Shown: positions 28,735 through 36,734 of the stretch, one piece after another | How positions within the stretch are numbered: position 1 is the first letter of the stretch | How the letters are laid out: each line of letters opens with the position of its first letter | Origin: Vicinamibacteria bacterium | GTDB taxonomy: Bacteria > Acidobacteriota > Vicinamibacteria > Marinacidobacterales > Marinacidobacteraceae | Reading direction: 5' to 3' | Assembly: GCA_965199715.1 (NCBI GenBank) | Contig: CBDATA010000001.1 | Span: 128,001-192,000, forward strand | DNA length: 64,000 nt | Made by a program: the position numbers and the translations under genes | The notes under the pieces: generated by a model | The model's input: the letters and a program-made list of their open reading frames with translations, nothing else | What the model was told of the DNA's origin: nothing | The model's database searches: none

Positions 28735-29849
28735 TGTTCCCCCCTCCAGAAGACAATCCCGCCGGCCTGCTTGCCGATGTCGGCAGTCGCGACCCGCTCG
28801 GCCGCCGCCACGTCATAGACCTCGACCGTGCCGGGCTCGCCGCCGATCCCCTCGACGGAGACGATGGCGTATCGGTCGTCATCCGAGATCACGACTCCGT
28901 GCGGCACCCGCCGCCCGCTCTTGGGCGCGGCGATGAGCTCGCCGGAAGCGACATCCCAGAAGGAGACCTTGTGACCCGACTTGTTCGTCGCGACCAGCAC
29001 GCCGCCGTCGGAGGTCACCGCGAGGTTGTACGGGTTCTCGCCGGGACCCGCGTCGAAGCGCCGAGAGACCTCGAATCCCTCGAGGTCCACCTCGTAGATC
29101 GCGCTGTCCCCGTTGCCGGCCACGTAGAGCTTGCCGGCGGCGGTCGGAGCCGTGACCCACGTCGGCTTCACGACCGGCGTCTTCATCCCGTCCATGCCCT
29201 CCATGTCGTGGTTCATGCCGGCGTGTCCCGCGTGCGGGTCGGTTCCGAGGTACAGGCGGCGGGCGATCTCGAAGCGCATGGCGTCCACTTCCACCAGCTC
29301 GTCGTCCATCATGTTGACCGAATAGAGCCGGTCGCCGCCCGCGTTCATCCGCGCGCCGTGCGGCATGACGCCGGTGTCGATCGTGGCCACCTCGATCATG
29401 GTGCCGGTCTCGACCACCGAGATCGTGCTCGGGACCATGTCTCCGTGGAGGTTGAAGTTGACCACGTAGAGCAGGCCGGTGCTCGGCGACATGTCCATGG
29501 TCGCCGGGAACAGGCCGAGCGTGGCGTCGCCGAGCCATTCGTTGGTTCCGGTCGTGTACTTGTGGACGGAGCCGAACGGCATGCCGTGGGCGATCGAGAG
29601 GTACCAGTGGCGCCCGTCGGGGGAGACGTTGATCCCGTGCGGCCCCTCGGTCTCGGTCGGGAACGCCCCGACCGGGATCCGGTCCACCTCCTCGAACCCG
29701 CCCGGACCGAAGCGGAGCATGTGCACGGTGTCGTCGGACTCGGCGCAGACGTACACGAAGTAGTTGCGCCGGGGCGGCTCGGGCTCGGCGCTGACGGCGG
29801 TGGCTCCGAGGATCGCGAGCGCCGCGAAGGCGGGAATCAGGCGCGTCAT
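28731..29849 (-). CDS. Secreted YncE/YVTN-type beta-propeller with His/Met-rich loop
   Basis: Signal peptide; GPHGI, MPHG and VPHGV blades; LYVVNF, LYSVN; PHAGHAGMNHDMEGMDGM insert. Confidence 0.85.
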   Translation of the reverse strand: MTRLIPAFAALAILGATAVSAEPEPPRRNYFVYVCAESDDTVHMLRFGPGGFEEVDRIPVGAFPTETEGPHGINVSPDGRHWYLSIAHGMPFGSVHKYTTGTNEWLGDATLGLFPATMDMSPSTGLLYVVNFNLHGDMVPSTISVVETGTMIEVATIDTGVMPHGARMNAGGDRLYSVNMMDDELVEVDAMRFEIARRLYLGTDPHAGHAGMNHDMEGMDGMKTPVVKPTWVTAPTAAGKLYVAGNGDSAIYEVDLEGFEVSRRFDAGPGENPYNLAVTSDGGVLVATNKSGHKVSFWDVASGELIAAPKSGRRVPHGVVISDDDRYAIVSVEGIGGEPGTVEVYDVAAAERVATADIGKQAGGIVFWRGEQ

Positions 29850-31888
29850 TACTGCGGCTCCCCCATGTTGCGCGGGGTCTCCGGATCGACGAGCTTCACC
29901 GCCCACAGACCCGAGTTCCAGTCAGAAAAGAAGATGTGGCCCTTGAAGGGCTGCGGCCCCCACACGAAGGGCGCGTTCCGCTTGTACCCGTCCGGGTCGG
30001 CGGGCTCGAAGAACGCGATCTCGCGTCCTTGCTGGTACAGGTCGCCGCGAAGGTCGCCCGACACGTCCACGACCCGCAGCCCGGCGTTGTAGTAGCCGAC
30101 GTAGAGGATGTCGTCCTCGACCCACAGGTTGTGGGTGCCGGCCTCCGGCACCATGTAGCGCGCCACTTCCCGGCCTTCCCCGGTCTCTTCGTTCCACTCG
30201 GCGATGTGCACCCAGCCGGCGGCCCGGTCGGGAAGGTCGCCCTCGGGCTCGAAGGAGAACGGGAAGTTCTCGTCACCCGCGAACACCAGCATCTTTCCGG
30301 TGGACTCGCTCCGATACGGGAAGCCCGCGTGGTTCCAGCCGTTCGGGTACTTGAAGCTGCCCATCATCACCGGGTTGTTCGGGGCGCCGCCCATGCCGCC
30401 GCCGCCGATATCGACGGCGACCACGCCGTCGGCCCAGTTGGACGACCAGGCGATCCCATCCTGGACCCAGACGTCATGGATGCTGTGGCCGGGAGTGTCC
30501 AGCTCGAAGCGGCCCACGCGGTACGGGTTCTCCGGATCCTCGGCGTTCAGGATGTCGTAGCGCCGCCCGGCGGAGAGCGCGAGGATGTGGTTGTCGGCCA
30601 CGAACACGTTGTGGACGCCGCCGGTCAACTGGTCGTCGTAGCGCGACAGGATGCGCACTCCGTCGGTGGGATTCGTCACGTCGAGAACCACGAGGCCGTT
30701 GCGCCGGTCGGAGGCGCCTTCCCGACCGATGACGGCGAACTTGCCGTCCGGCGAGACCTTCACGTCGTTCACGGTGCGGGCGTCCACCCGGACGGTGTCC
30801 ACGAGGTGGATGCTGGCCGGGTCGGTGACGTCCCAGAAGTAGGCGTGCCCGTCGGCGCCCCACGTGCCGGTGATCGCGTAGTCCTTGCCGTCCACGCCCT
30901 CCCAGACCCACAGATCCGAGGTGTGGCGGTCGCGGACCGGTCCCCGTCCCACGATCTCCCAGTCCTTGCGAAGGTTTCTCGGGGCCGCGCGGACCGTGGC
31001 GCGGGCGGTCAGGTTCCCGCCCCGCGCGACGACCGTGTGCAGTCCGGGCCGCTCGGCCACGAAGGCCCCGTCCGGCTCCACGAATCCGGCGGCGCCGGGC
31101 GCGATCAGGTTCTCCGGGGTGCGGACGAAGGTGGAGAACTGCACCGGGTAGTCGGGCACCTCGGCGCCGGAGCCGTCCACGGCCCGCGCCTCGAACCAGA
31201 CCACGTCGCCCGTCCGCACCTCGGTCTCGGCGGCGCTCAGCTCCAGCCCGACCGCGGGGTTCTCGCGAACCATGACCGACATCGAGCCGCTCGCCTCGTC
31301 CGCGGTCGCGGTCAGCGTGGCGGACCCGGCGCCGACGAGCATCAGGCCGCCGTGCGCCGTCACCCGCGCCACCGACTCGTCGCTGGAGCTCCACGCGATG
31401 TCCGGGGTCCGCTCCGCGCCCGAGGCGTCCATCGCCTGGGTCCCGAGCGGAGTCTCGGTGCCGGCGTAGAGGTTCGCCGGCAGCGGCTGGATCTCGACCT
31501 GCGAGATCGGCGGCCACGGGATCGTCACCGGGATCTCCATGGAGAGCAGCATCTCGGCGCGCCGGTCGTCGGAATCCGGGTCCGCCGGCACCATGGCGAC
31601 CAGCAGGTGCTCGCCGGGCCGATACGCCTCGACCGCGCCAGCCGGCGTCACGCCGACGGACCGGCGCGCGCGCGAGAAGAACACGACGCGCCGGTCGATC
31701 GCGTTGCCGGCCGAGTCGGTCACGACCGCGCTCAGCTCGGCGGTGTCGCCGACTTCGAGCGTCAGCGCGGCCGGCTCGACGCGGAGCTCCGTCGGCTCCT
31801 GGGCCGACCCCAGCGACGCGGCCATGACGGCCAGAAAGGTCGCCGCGACGCGGGGACGAGCAAGGGAATCACGCAAGCGTGCCGGCAT
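29849..31888 (-). CDS. Secreted Ig-like + LVIVD-repeat protein, copy A (most divergent)
   Basis: ATG 31888 with SD AAGGAG; same architecture; ends MGEPQ. Confidence 0.85.
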   Translation of the reverse strand: MPARLRDSLARPRVAATFLAVMAASLGSAQEPTELRVEPAALTLEVGDTAELSAVVTDSAGNAIDRRVVFFSRARRSVGVTPAGAVEAYRPGEHLLVAMVPADPDSDDRRAEMLLSMEIPVTIPWPPISQVEIQPLPANLYAGTETPLGTQAMDASGAERTPDIAWSSSDESVARVTAHGGLMLVGAGSATLTATADEASGSMSVMVRENPAVGLELSAAETEVRTGDVVWFEARAVDGSGAEVPDYPVQFSTFVRTPENLIAPGAAGFVEPDGAFVAERPGLHTVVARGGNLTARATVRAAPRNLRKDWEIVGRGPVRDRHTSDLWVWEGVDGKDYAITGTWGADGHAYFWDVTDPASIHLVDTVRVDARTVNDVKVSPDGKFAVIGREGASDRRNGLVVLDVTNPTDGVRILSRYDDQLTGGVHNVFVADNHILALSAGRRYDILNAEDPENPYRVGRFELDTPGHSIHDVWVQDGIAWSSNWADGVVAVDIGGGGMGGAPNNPVMMGSFKYPNGWNHAGFPYRSESTGKMLVFAGDENFPFSFEPEGDLPDRAAGWVHIAEWNEETGEGREVARYMVPEAGTHNLWVEDDILYVGYYNAGLRVVDVSGDLRGDLYQQGREIAFFEPADPDGYKRNAPFVWGPQPFKGHIFFSDWNSGLWAVKLVDPETPRNMGEPQ

Positions 31889-31978
31889 GGGGAGCATTCT
31901 CCTTCGGTCCGCGACAGGGAACGAACCCGCAATTCTCGCCGTTCCCGCCAACCGCCGCAAGCGGGCGGGCGCCGGGGG

Positions 31979-33034
31979 TCAGCCCCAGATGTCGCGGACG
32001 GTGAACCCCTCGGGGAAGGGATCGTCCGGGTCCACGCTGTACTGGGCGACGCCGGTGATCCAGGCGGTTCCCGAAATTTCCGGAACGACGGCGGGAACGC
32101 CGCCGACGGTCGCCTTCCGGATGAGCCGCCCGAGGAACTCGGTCCCCACCGGCCCCCGGTTGCGGAACGGTTCGCCGAGATCCAGCTCGCCCTTGGCGTG
32201 GAGGACCGCCATCCGCGCCGAGGTTCCGGTGCCGCAGGGAGAGCGATCCAGCGCGCCCGTCCACGTTTCCGGGCGATTCCAGTCAAGGTCTCCGGTGGCC
32301 ACCGTGACCGCGTTGGAGGCGACGCCGCGTTCCCGGTCCCATGGACCGGTGAGCTGCCCGATGCTCGCCCTGCGAATTTCGGGGTTCTCCGGGTGGACGG
32401 CTTCAAGCTGCTCGCGAGCCGCCTGCTTCACCATCGCGCCGATCCGCGCCAGCGCGCTCCCATGTTCGGGAGCGATCTCAAGACCGAACCGAGCGGCGCT
32501 GGCGATGGCGTAGAACATCCCGCCCCACGACAGATCCACCTCGACCTCGCCGAGCGTAGGGATTTCGACGCTGGCCCCGAGATGGATCGGAAACGCCGGA
32601 ACGTTCTCGAACCGCACCGACGTCACCTTGCCGCCCGACACCGCCGCGCGCACCTCGACAAGCCCCGCAGGCGTCTCCAGAACCAGATCGGTGTGGGGCT
32701 CCCGCGCCGGCAGCATGCCGGTCTCCAGGAGCGCGGTCACGGTGCAGATCGTGTTCGTGCCCGACATCGGCGGGTACTCGGTCTGCTCCATGATGACGAA
32801 GCCGGCGTCCGCCTCGCTCGTCGTGGGCGGGAGCACGAGATTGCAGTTGGAAGCGGGGAACCCTCGAGGCTCCCGCAGCATGAGCTTTCGCAGGTCGTCG
32901 CCGTGGCGCTCCAGATGCTGCATCTTCTCGAACATGGAGCCGCCCGGAACGTCGAGGACGCCGCCCACGATGACCCGCCCGGGTTCGCCCGCGGCGTGGA
33001 GGTCCACCGCGTGGATGACCCGCCGGACGCGCAT
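31979..33034 (-). CDS. Proline racemase/hydroxyproline epimerase-family protein (Ser/Cys type)
   Basis: HAAGEPGRV, LMLREPRG, PMSGTNTIC and DRSPCGTGTSARMA motifs. Confidence 0.92.
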   Translation of the reverse strand: MRVRRVIHAVDLHAAGEPGRVIVGGVLDVPGGSMFEKMQHLERHGDDLRKLMLREPRGFPASNCNLVLPPTTSEADAGFVIMEQTEYPPMSGTNTICTVTALLETGMLPAREPHTDLVLETPAGLVEVRAAVSGGKVTSVRFENVPAFPIHLGASVEIPTLGEVEVDLSWGGMFYAIASAARFGLEIAPEHGSALARIGAMVKQAAREQLEAVHPENPEIRRASIGQLTGPWDRERGVASNAVTVATGDLDWNRPETWTGALDRSPCGTGTSARMAVLHAKGELDLGEPFRNRGPVGTEFLGRLIRKATVGGVPAVVPEISGTAWITGVAQYSVDPDDPFPEGFTVRDIWG

Positions 33035-33037
33035 CGC

Positions 33038-33268
33038 TCAGTCCTCCCGGCAGGCGTCCGAACAGAACGCCGCGCCGCCCGCACGCACGATCCGGCCCGC
33101 GGGCGCATGCAGGCCGCAACGCTCGCAGCGGATCACTTCACCGCGGAACGCCGCGTTGCGGGGGCCGCCCGCCGGCTCGGCCCGGGGCCGCAAGAGGATC
33201 ATCCGCACAACGCCAAAAAGGACGCGGGCGAACGCCGCCACCAGCAGGATCTGGACGAATCGCAGCAC
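33038..33268 (-). CDS. Small membrane-anchored Cys-rich protein (PP0621-like)
   Basis: N-terminal TM, then CERCGLH...FCSDAC. Confidence 0.7.
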   Translation of the reverse strand: MLRFVQILLVAAFARVLFGVVRMILLRPRAEPAGGPRNAAFRGEVIRCERCGLHAPAGRIVRAGGAAFCSDACRED

Positions 33269-33278
33269 CCCGAACCTC

Positions 33279-33848
33279 TCAGCGGTGTGCGCTCTTCAGC
33301 GCCTCAAGCTCGGCGAGGACCGCTTCCGCGGCAGCGGACGCCGGTGCGACCGCAACGAGCCGCTCCCAGTATCGGACCCCGGCCTCAATGTCCTGAAGCA
33401 GATAGAGGCTGAGCCGCCCCATCGCCAGCAGGCTGTCCGCGTGGTCCGGATCCACCGCGAGGATCGCTTCGAACTCGGCGGTCGCGGCGTCCACCTGTCC
33501 GAGGCCGATGCGGGCGAAAGCCAGCCGGCTGCGGATGTCGAGATCGGCGGGGACGAGATTGTGCGCCTGCTGGAGCCAGTACGCCGCGTCCCCGAACTGA
33601 CGGGCATCCAGATACAGGTCCGCCACGCGCACTCGAGCCGCCGGGTCCTCGGGCGCTTCCCGGACCTCGCCGAGCAGTTGCTCGAGCCGCGCCTCGTCCA
33701 CCTCCGCCGGCTCCGTTGCGGCCACTTCGGGGACGGCCCGGGGTTCGGGAGCCTCGGGAGCTTCGGCCGAGCCCAAGAGCCAACCGACTCCCACGCCGAA
33801 AACGAGCCCGGCCGCGAAGAACAGCCCACGCCGGGCGAGCGGGCTCAC
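33279..33848 (-). CDS. Membrane-anchored tetratricopeptide repeat protein
   Basis: N-terminal TM followed by TPR-like helical repeats (AEFEAILAVDPDH, YWERLVAVAP). Confidence 0.8.
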   Translation of the reverse strand: MSPLARRGLFFAAGLVFGVGVGWLLGSAEAPEAPEPRAVPEVAATEPAEVDEARLEQLLGEVREAPEDPAARVRVADLYLDARQFGDAAYWLQQAHNLVPADLDIRSRLAFARIGLGQVDAATAEFEAILAVDPDHADSLLAMGRLSLYLLQDIEAGVRYWERLVAVAPASAAAEAVLAELEALKSAHR

Positions 33849-35347
33849 CGCGCCTCTCCGAGCGAACGGAGTCCCACGTAGAGATACCCGAAGGCGAACA
33901 GCAGGTAGAACGGAGCGGAGGCGAGCATCCCGAGCGAGACGGCGTACCCGGTGGCGACGAGCATGGCGAGCCCGAGCACGACTTCAATGAGGGTAACCGC
34001 GCCGGCGGGAGTGCGGTAGCGCTTCCGCCGCCACCCCTGCCCCGGCGTCGCGACGCCGTACTTGGGAGTGCGCTCGAATGGCGTGCGGAGCCCCCGGATC
34101 CCCTCCAGCACGGCCACCGCGTTGCTGAACGAGAGTCCGATGCCGACGCCGAGGGCGGCCGGGATGTGCCGGAGCGCGGCGAAGAGCGGGCGGCGGTCGC
34201 CCGTCCCCCGCATGCGGTGGAGACGCCACGCCGACGCCGAGTAGAACGAGACCACCGAGAGCGTCGCGGCGGCGAAGATCGGGAGATCGAGGATGGCCAT
34301 CTCCTCGAGGCCGGTGCTGGCGCGGGCGGCCATCGCCGGGATCAGCAGCAGGCTCAGCGCCGCCATGAGGAGGTAGCAGAGGTTGCCCGAGAGATGCACG
34401 CAGGCTTCAAGGCGGACCCGCGCCGGCAGCCTTGAGGCGACGATCTGGGGCAGCAGCTTGCGGGCGGTCTGGAGCGATCCCTTGGCCCAGCGGCGCTGCT
34501 GGGCCTTGAAGGCGTTCATCGAAACCGGAAGCTCCGCCGGAGCCTCGATCTCCGGCGCGAACACGAAGCGCCAGCCGCGCAACTGCGCCCGGTAGGAGAG
34601 ATCCAGATCCTCGGTGAGGGTGTCGCCCTCCCAGCCGCCCGCGTCGGTGATGGCCTCGCGCCGCCAGATCCCGGCGGTGCCGTTGAAGTTGAACCAGCAC
34701 CGGTCGGCGTGGCGGCCGCCGTGCTCGGCGATGAAGTGGCCGTCGAGCAGGACCGCCTGAACGCCGGTCAGAAGCGAGTAGCGGCGGTTCAGGTGCCCCC
34801 ACCGGGCCTGCACCATCCCGACGCGGGCATCGCCCAGAAGATAGGGGACGGTCCGCCGCAGAAAGTCCGGCTCCGGGACGAAGTCGGCGTCGAAAACGGC
34901 GACGAACGGCGCGTCGGATCGACCCAGCCCCTCCTGAAGCGCCCCCGCCTTGAAGCCGGTCCGATGGTGGCGGTGGACGTACTCCATCGGGACCCCGGCA
35001 GCGCGGTGGCGCTCGACGAGGCGGGCCGCGATCTCGGTCGTGTCGTCGGTGGAGTCGTCCAGCACCTGAACCGTCAGCCGGGACTTCGGCCAGTCGAGCG
35101 CGGCGACGGCTTCAAGCAGCCGCTCAAGGACATAGCGCTCGTTGAAGACCGGAAGCTGGACAAGAACCTCCGGTGGCCGCTTCTCGGCGAGCGGCGCTCC
35201 TCGGGCGGCGAGGGCGGCGGCTTCCGTCCGCGCCCGCTTCCACTTGCGGGCGAGAATCCAGACCAACCGGTAACGGTGCCAACCGAACGCGGCGAGAAGC
35301 AGCAGCACCGCGAAGTACGCGGTGAGCACGGCGTCGGCGTAAGGCAC
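33845..35347 (-). CDS. GT2 glycosyltransferase, cellulose-synthase-like
   Basis: [37 protein letters not shown] and FERTPK motifs. Confidence 0.93.
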   Translation of the reverse strand: MPYADAVLTAYFAVLLLLAAFGWHRYRLVWILARKWKRARTEAAALAARGAPLAEKRPPEVLVQLPVFNERYVLERLLEAVAALDWPKSRLTVQVLDDSTDDTTEIAARLVERHRAAGVPMEYVHRHHRTGFKAGALQEGLGRSDAPFVAVFDADFVPEPDFLRRTVPYLLGDARVGMVQARWGHLNRRYSLLTGVQAVLLDGHFIAEHGGRHADRCWFNFNGTAGIWRREAITDAGGWEGDTLTEDLDLSYRAQLRGWRFVFAPEIEAPAELPVSMNAFKAQQRRWAKGSLQTARKLLPQIVASRLPARVRLEACVHLSGNLCYLLMAALSLLLIPAMAARASTGLEEMAILDLPIFAAATLSVVSFYSASAWRLHRMRGTGDRRPLFAALRHIPAALGVGIGLSFSNAVAVLEGIRGLRTPFERTPKYGVATPGQGWRRKRYRTPAGAVTLIEVVLGLAMLVATGYAVSLGMLASAPFYLLFAFGYLYVGLRSLGEAR

Positions 35348-35360
35348 GGGTGGGCCGGGA

Positions 35361-36734
35361 TTGTGGCGCGGGGCGCGATACTCGCCCGGCTTGTCCCGAG
35401 GCCGCCTCGCCGCGATCGCCGCGGCTCACGTCGTCCTCGCGGCGCTGCTCGCATGGGCCATCGCTGCGGGAGCGGGATTCCCGGCGCACGCGGCGGCGCA
35501 CGTGCTTCTCGCGGTTCCGCTCGCGCTCGTCGTCGCGCCGCTCCTGTGGAATCCGCGCGGCGAAGGGAGGGGCGTTCGGCTGATCCTCGGCGCGGCGCTC
35601 CTCGCCCGCATCCCATTCCTGCTGAGCCCGCCCACGCTCTCCGGCGATCTGTATCGGGTGATCTGGGAGGGCCGGGTCATCGCGGCCGGGCACGATCCGT
35701 GGACCGAGCCCCCGGACCACCCGGCGCTCGCCGAGCTTCGGGACGAATTTCCAGAAATCCGCGAGCGCGTCGCGTATTGGAAGCTGCCGGCCATCTATCC
35801 CCCGCTGGCGCAGTGGTTCGGATACGCGGCGACTGGCCTGACCACCGACGCGAGGGCGCTGAAGGGGGCGCTCGTCGGACTGGAGGCGCTGCTGGTGCTG
35901 GGGCTGTGGCTGCTGCTTCGGAGCGGCGGCCTGAATCCGCTGCTTCTGACCATGTGGCTCTGGAACCCACTGGTGCTGACCGAAATCGCCGGGAGCGGCC
36001 ATCTGGACGTGCTGGGCGTCGGGCTGCTGGCCTTCGCCGTGCTTGCGGCGGAGCGAAGCCGAGCCGTGCCCGCGGCGGTTCTGGCCGCGCTCTCCGGCCT
36101 CGCCAAGCTCGCCGGGTTCGCGGTGCTTCCGCTGCTCCTCCGCCGGGCGGGATCGGTACGGGCGGTCGCCGCGGCCGCCGTCGCGGTCGTGGCGGCCACC
36201 CTGACGCTCCCGGGAGCCGCCCGCCCGTTAGCCCGGCTGGGGGAGCTCACTGGCAGCCTCACCCATTTCGCCCGGCACTGGCGCTTCAACGAGGGCCTCT
36301 ATCTCGGCGTGGAGGCGCTCGCCGGGGAACTCGCCCGTCCGGTCGTGGCGCTGCTGCTCTTGGCCTTGCTGGTGACGCTGATGTCCCGGCGGCCCAACCC
36401 GTCGCTCGGAGCTCTGTGGCTTGCGGGAAGCGCGTTCCTGCTCTCCCCGGTCGCCCACCCGTGGTATCTCCTCTGGGCGCTTGCCTTCGCGCCGCTCCAT
36501 CCGGAGCGCCGGGCGCTCGTCGCCGCCGCGCTCACCCTCAGCGTAACGGCGGTGTTCAGCTATGGCCCGTTCTGGATGACTCCGCCGGGCGGCGAATGGG
36601 CGCTCTCCCCGGGGCTCCGGCTCGCCGAGTACCTGCCGCCGCTTGCCGTCGCCACGGTCGTGGCGCTCTGGTTTGACCGGCATCCGCCTCACTTTCTACA
36701 ATCGCGGCGTGCAAAACGAAACCGGATTTCATGA
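35361..36734 (+). CDS. GT-C fold membrane glycosyltransferase (GT87/DUF2029-like)
   Basis: LSGDLYRVIWEG, IYPPLAQ, WNPL..EIAGSGHLD, WRFN and SPVAHPWY motifs; multi-TM. Start may be TTG 35391. Confidence 0.8.
   Translation: MWRGARYSPGLSRGRLAAIAAAHVVLAALLAWAIAAGAGFPAHAAAHVLLAVPLALVVAPLLWNPRGEGRGVRLILGAALLARIPFLLSPPTLSGDLYRVIWEGRVIAAGHDPWTEPPDHPALAELRDEFPEIRERVAYWKLPAIYPPLAQWFGYAATGLTTDARALKGALVGLEALLVLGLWLLLRSGGLNPLLLTMWLWNPLVLTEIAGSGHLDVLGVGLLAFAVLAAERSRAVPAAVLAALSGLAKLAGFAVLPLLLRRAGSVRAVAAAAVAVVAATLTLPGAARPLARLGELTGSLTHFARHWRFNEGLYLGVEALAGELARPVVALLLLALLVTLMSRRPNPSLGALWLAGSAFLLSPVAHPWYLLWALAFAPLHPERRALVAAALTLSVTAVFSYGPFWMTPPGGEWALSPGLRLAEYLPPLAVATVVALWFDRHPPHFLQSRRAKRNRIS
36673..36702 (+). 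promoter_or_regulatory. sigma70-type promoter TTGACC-N18-TACAAT (probably leaderless)
   Basis: Near-consensus -35/-10 inside the 3' end of the upstream gene; in-frame GTG at 36709 is 6 nt after the -10. Confidence 0.65.

Larger units (their letters stand above)
22632..31888 (-). repeat. Tandem ~2.03-2.04 kb paralogous gene repeats (3 adjacent + 1 separated)
   Basis: Identical block GGAACGCCTCGTCCCCGCCGATCATCAGGAACTTCCCGGTGGACTCGCTCCGGTA at 23039, 25081 and 27111. Confidence 0.9.

Noticed and set aside
22632-31888. CRISPR array or diversity-generating retroelement
   Set aside because: The repeats are whole protein-coding paralogues; no short repeat-spacer pattern, reverse transcriptase or adenine-specific template/variable pair was seen.
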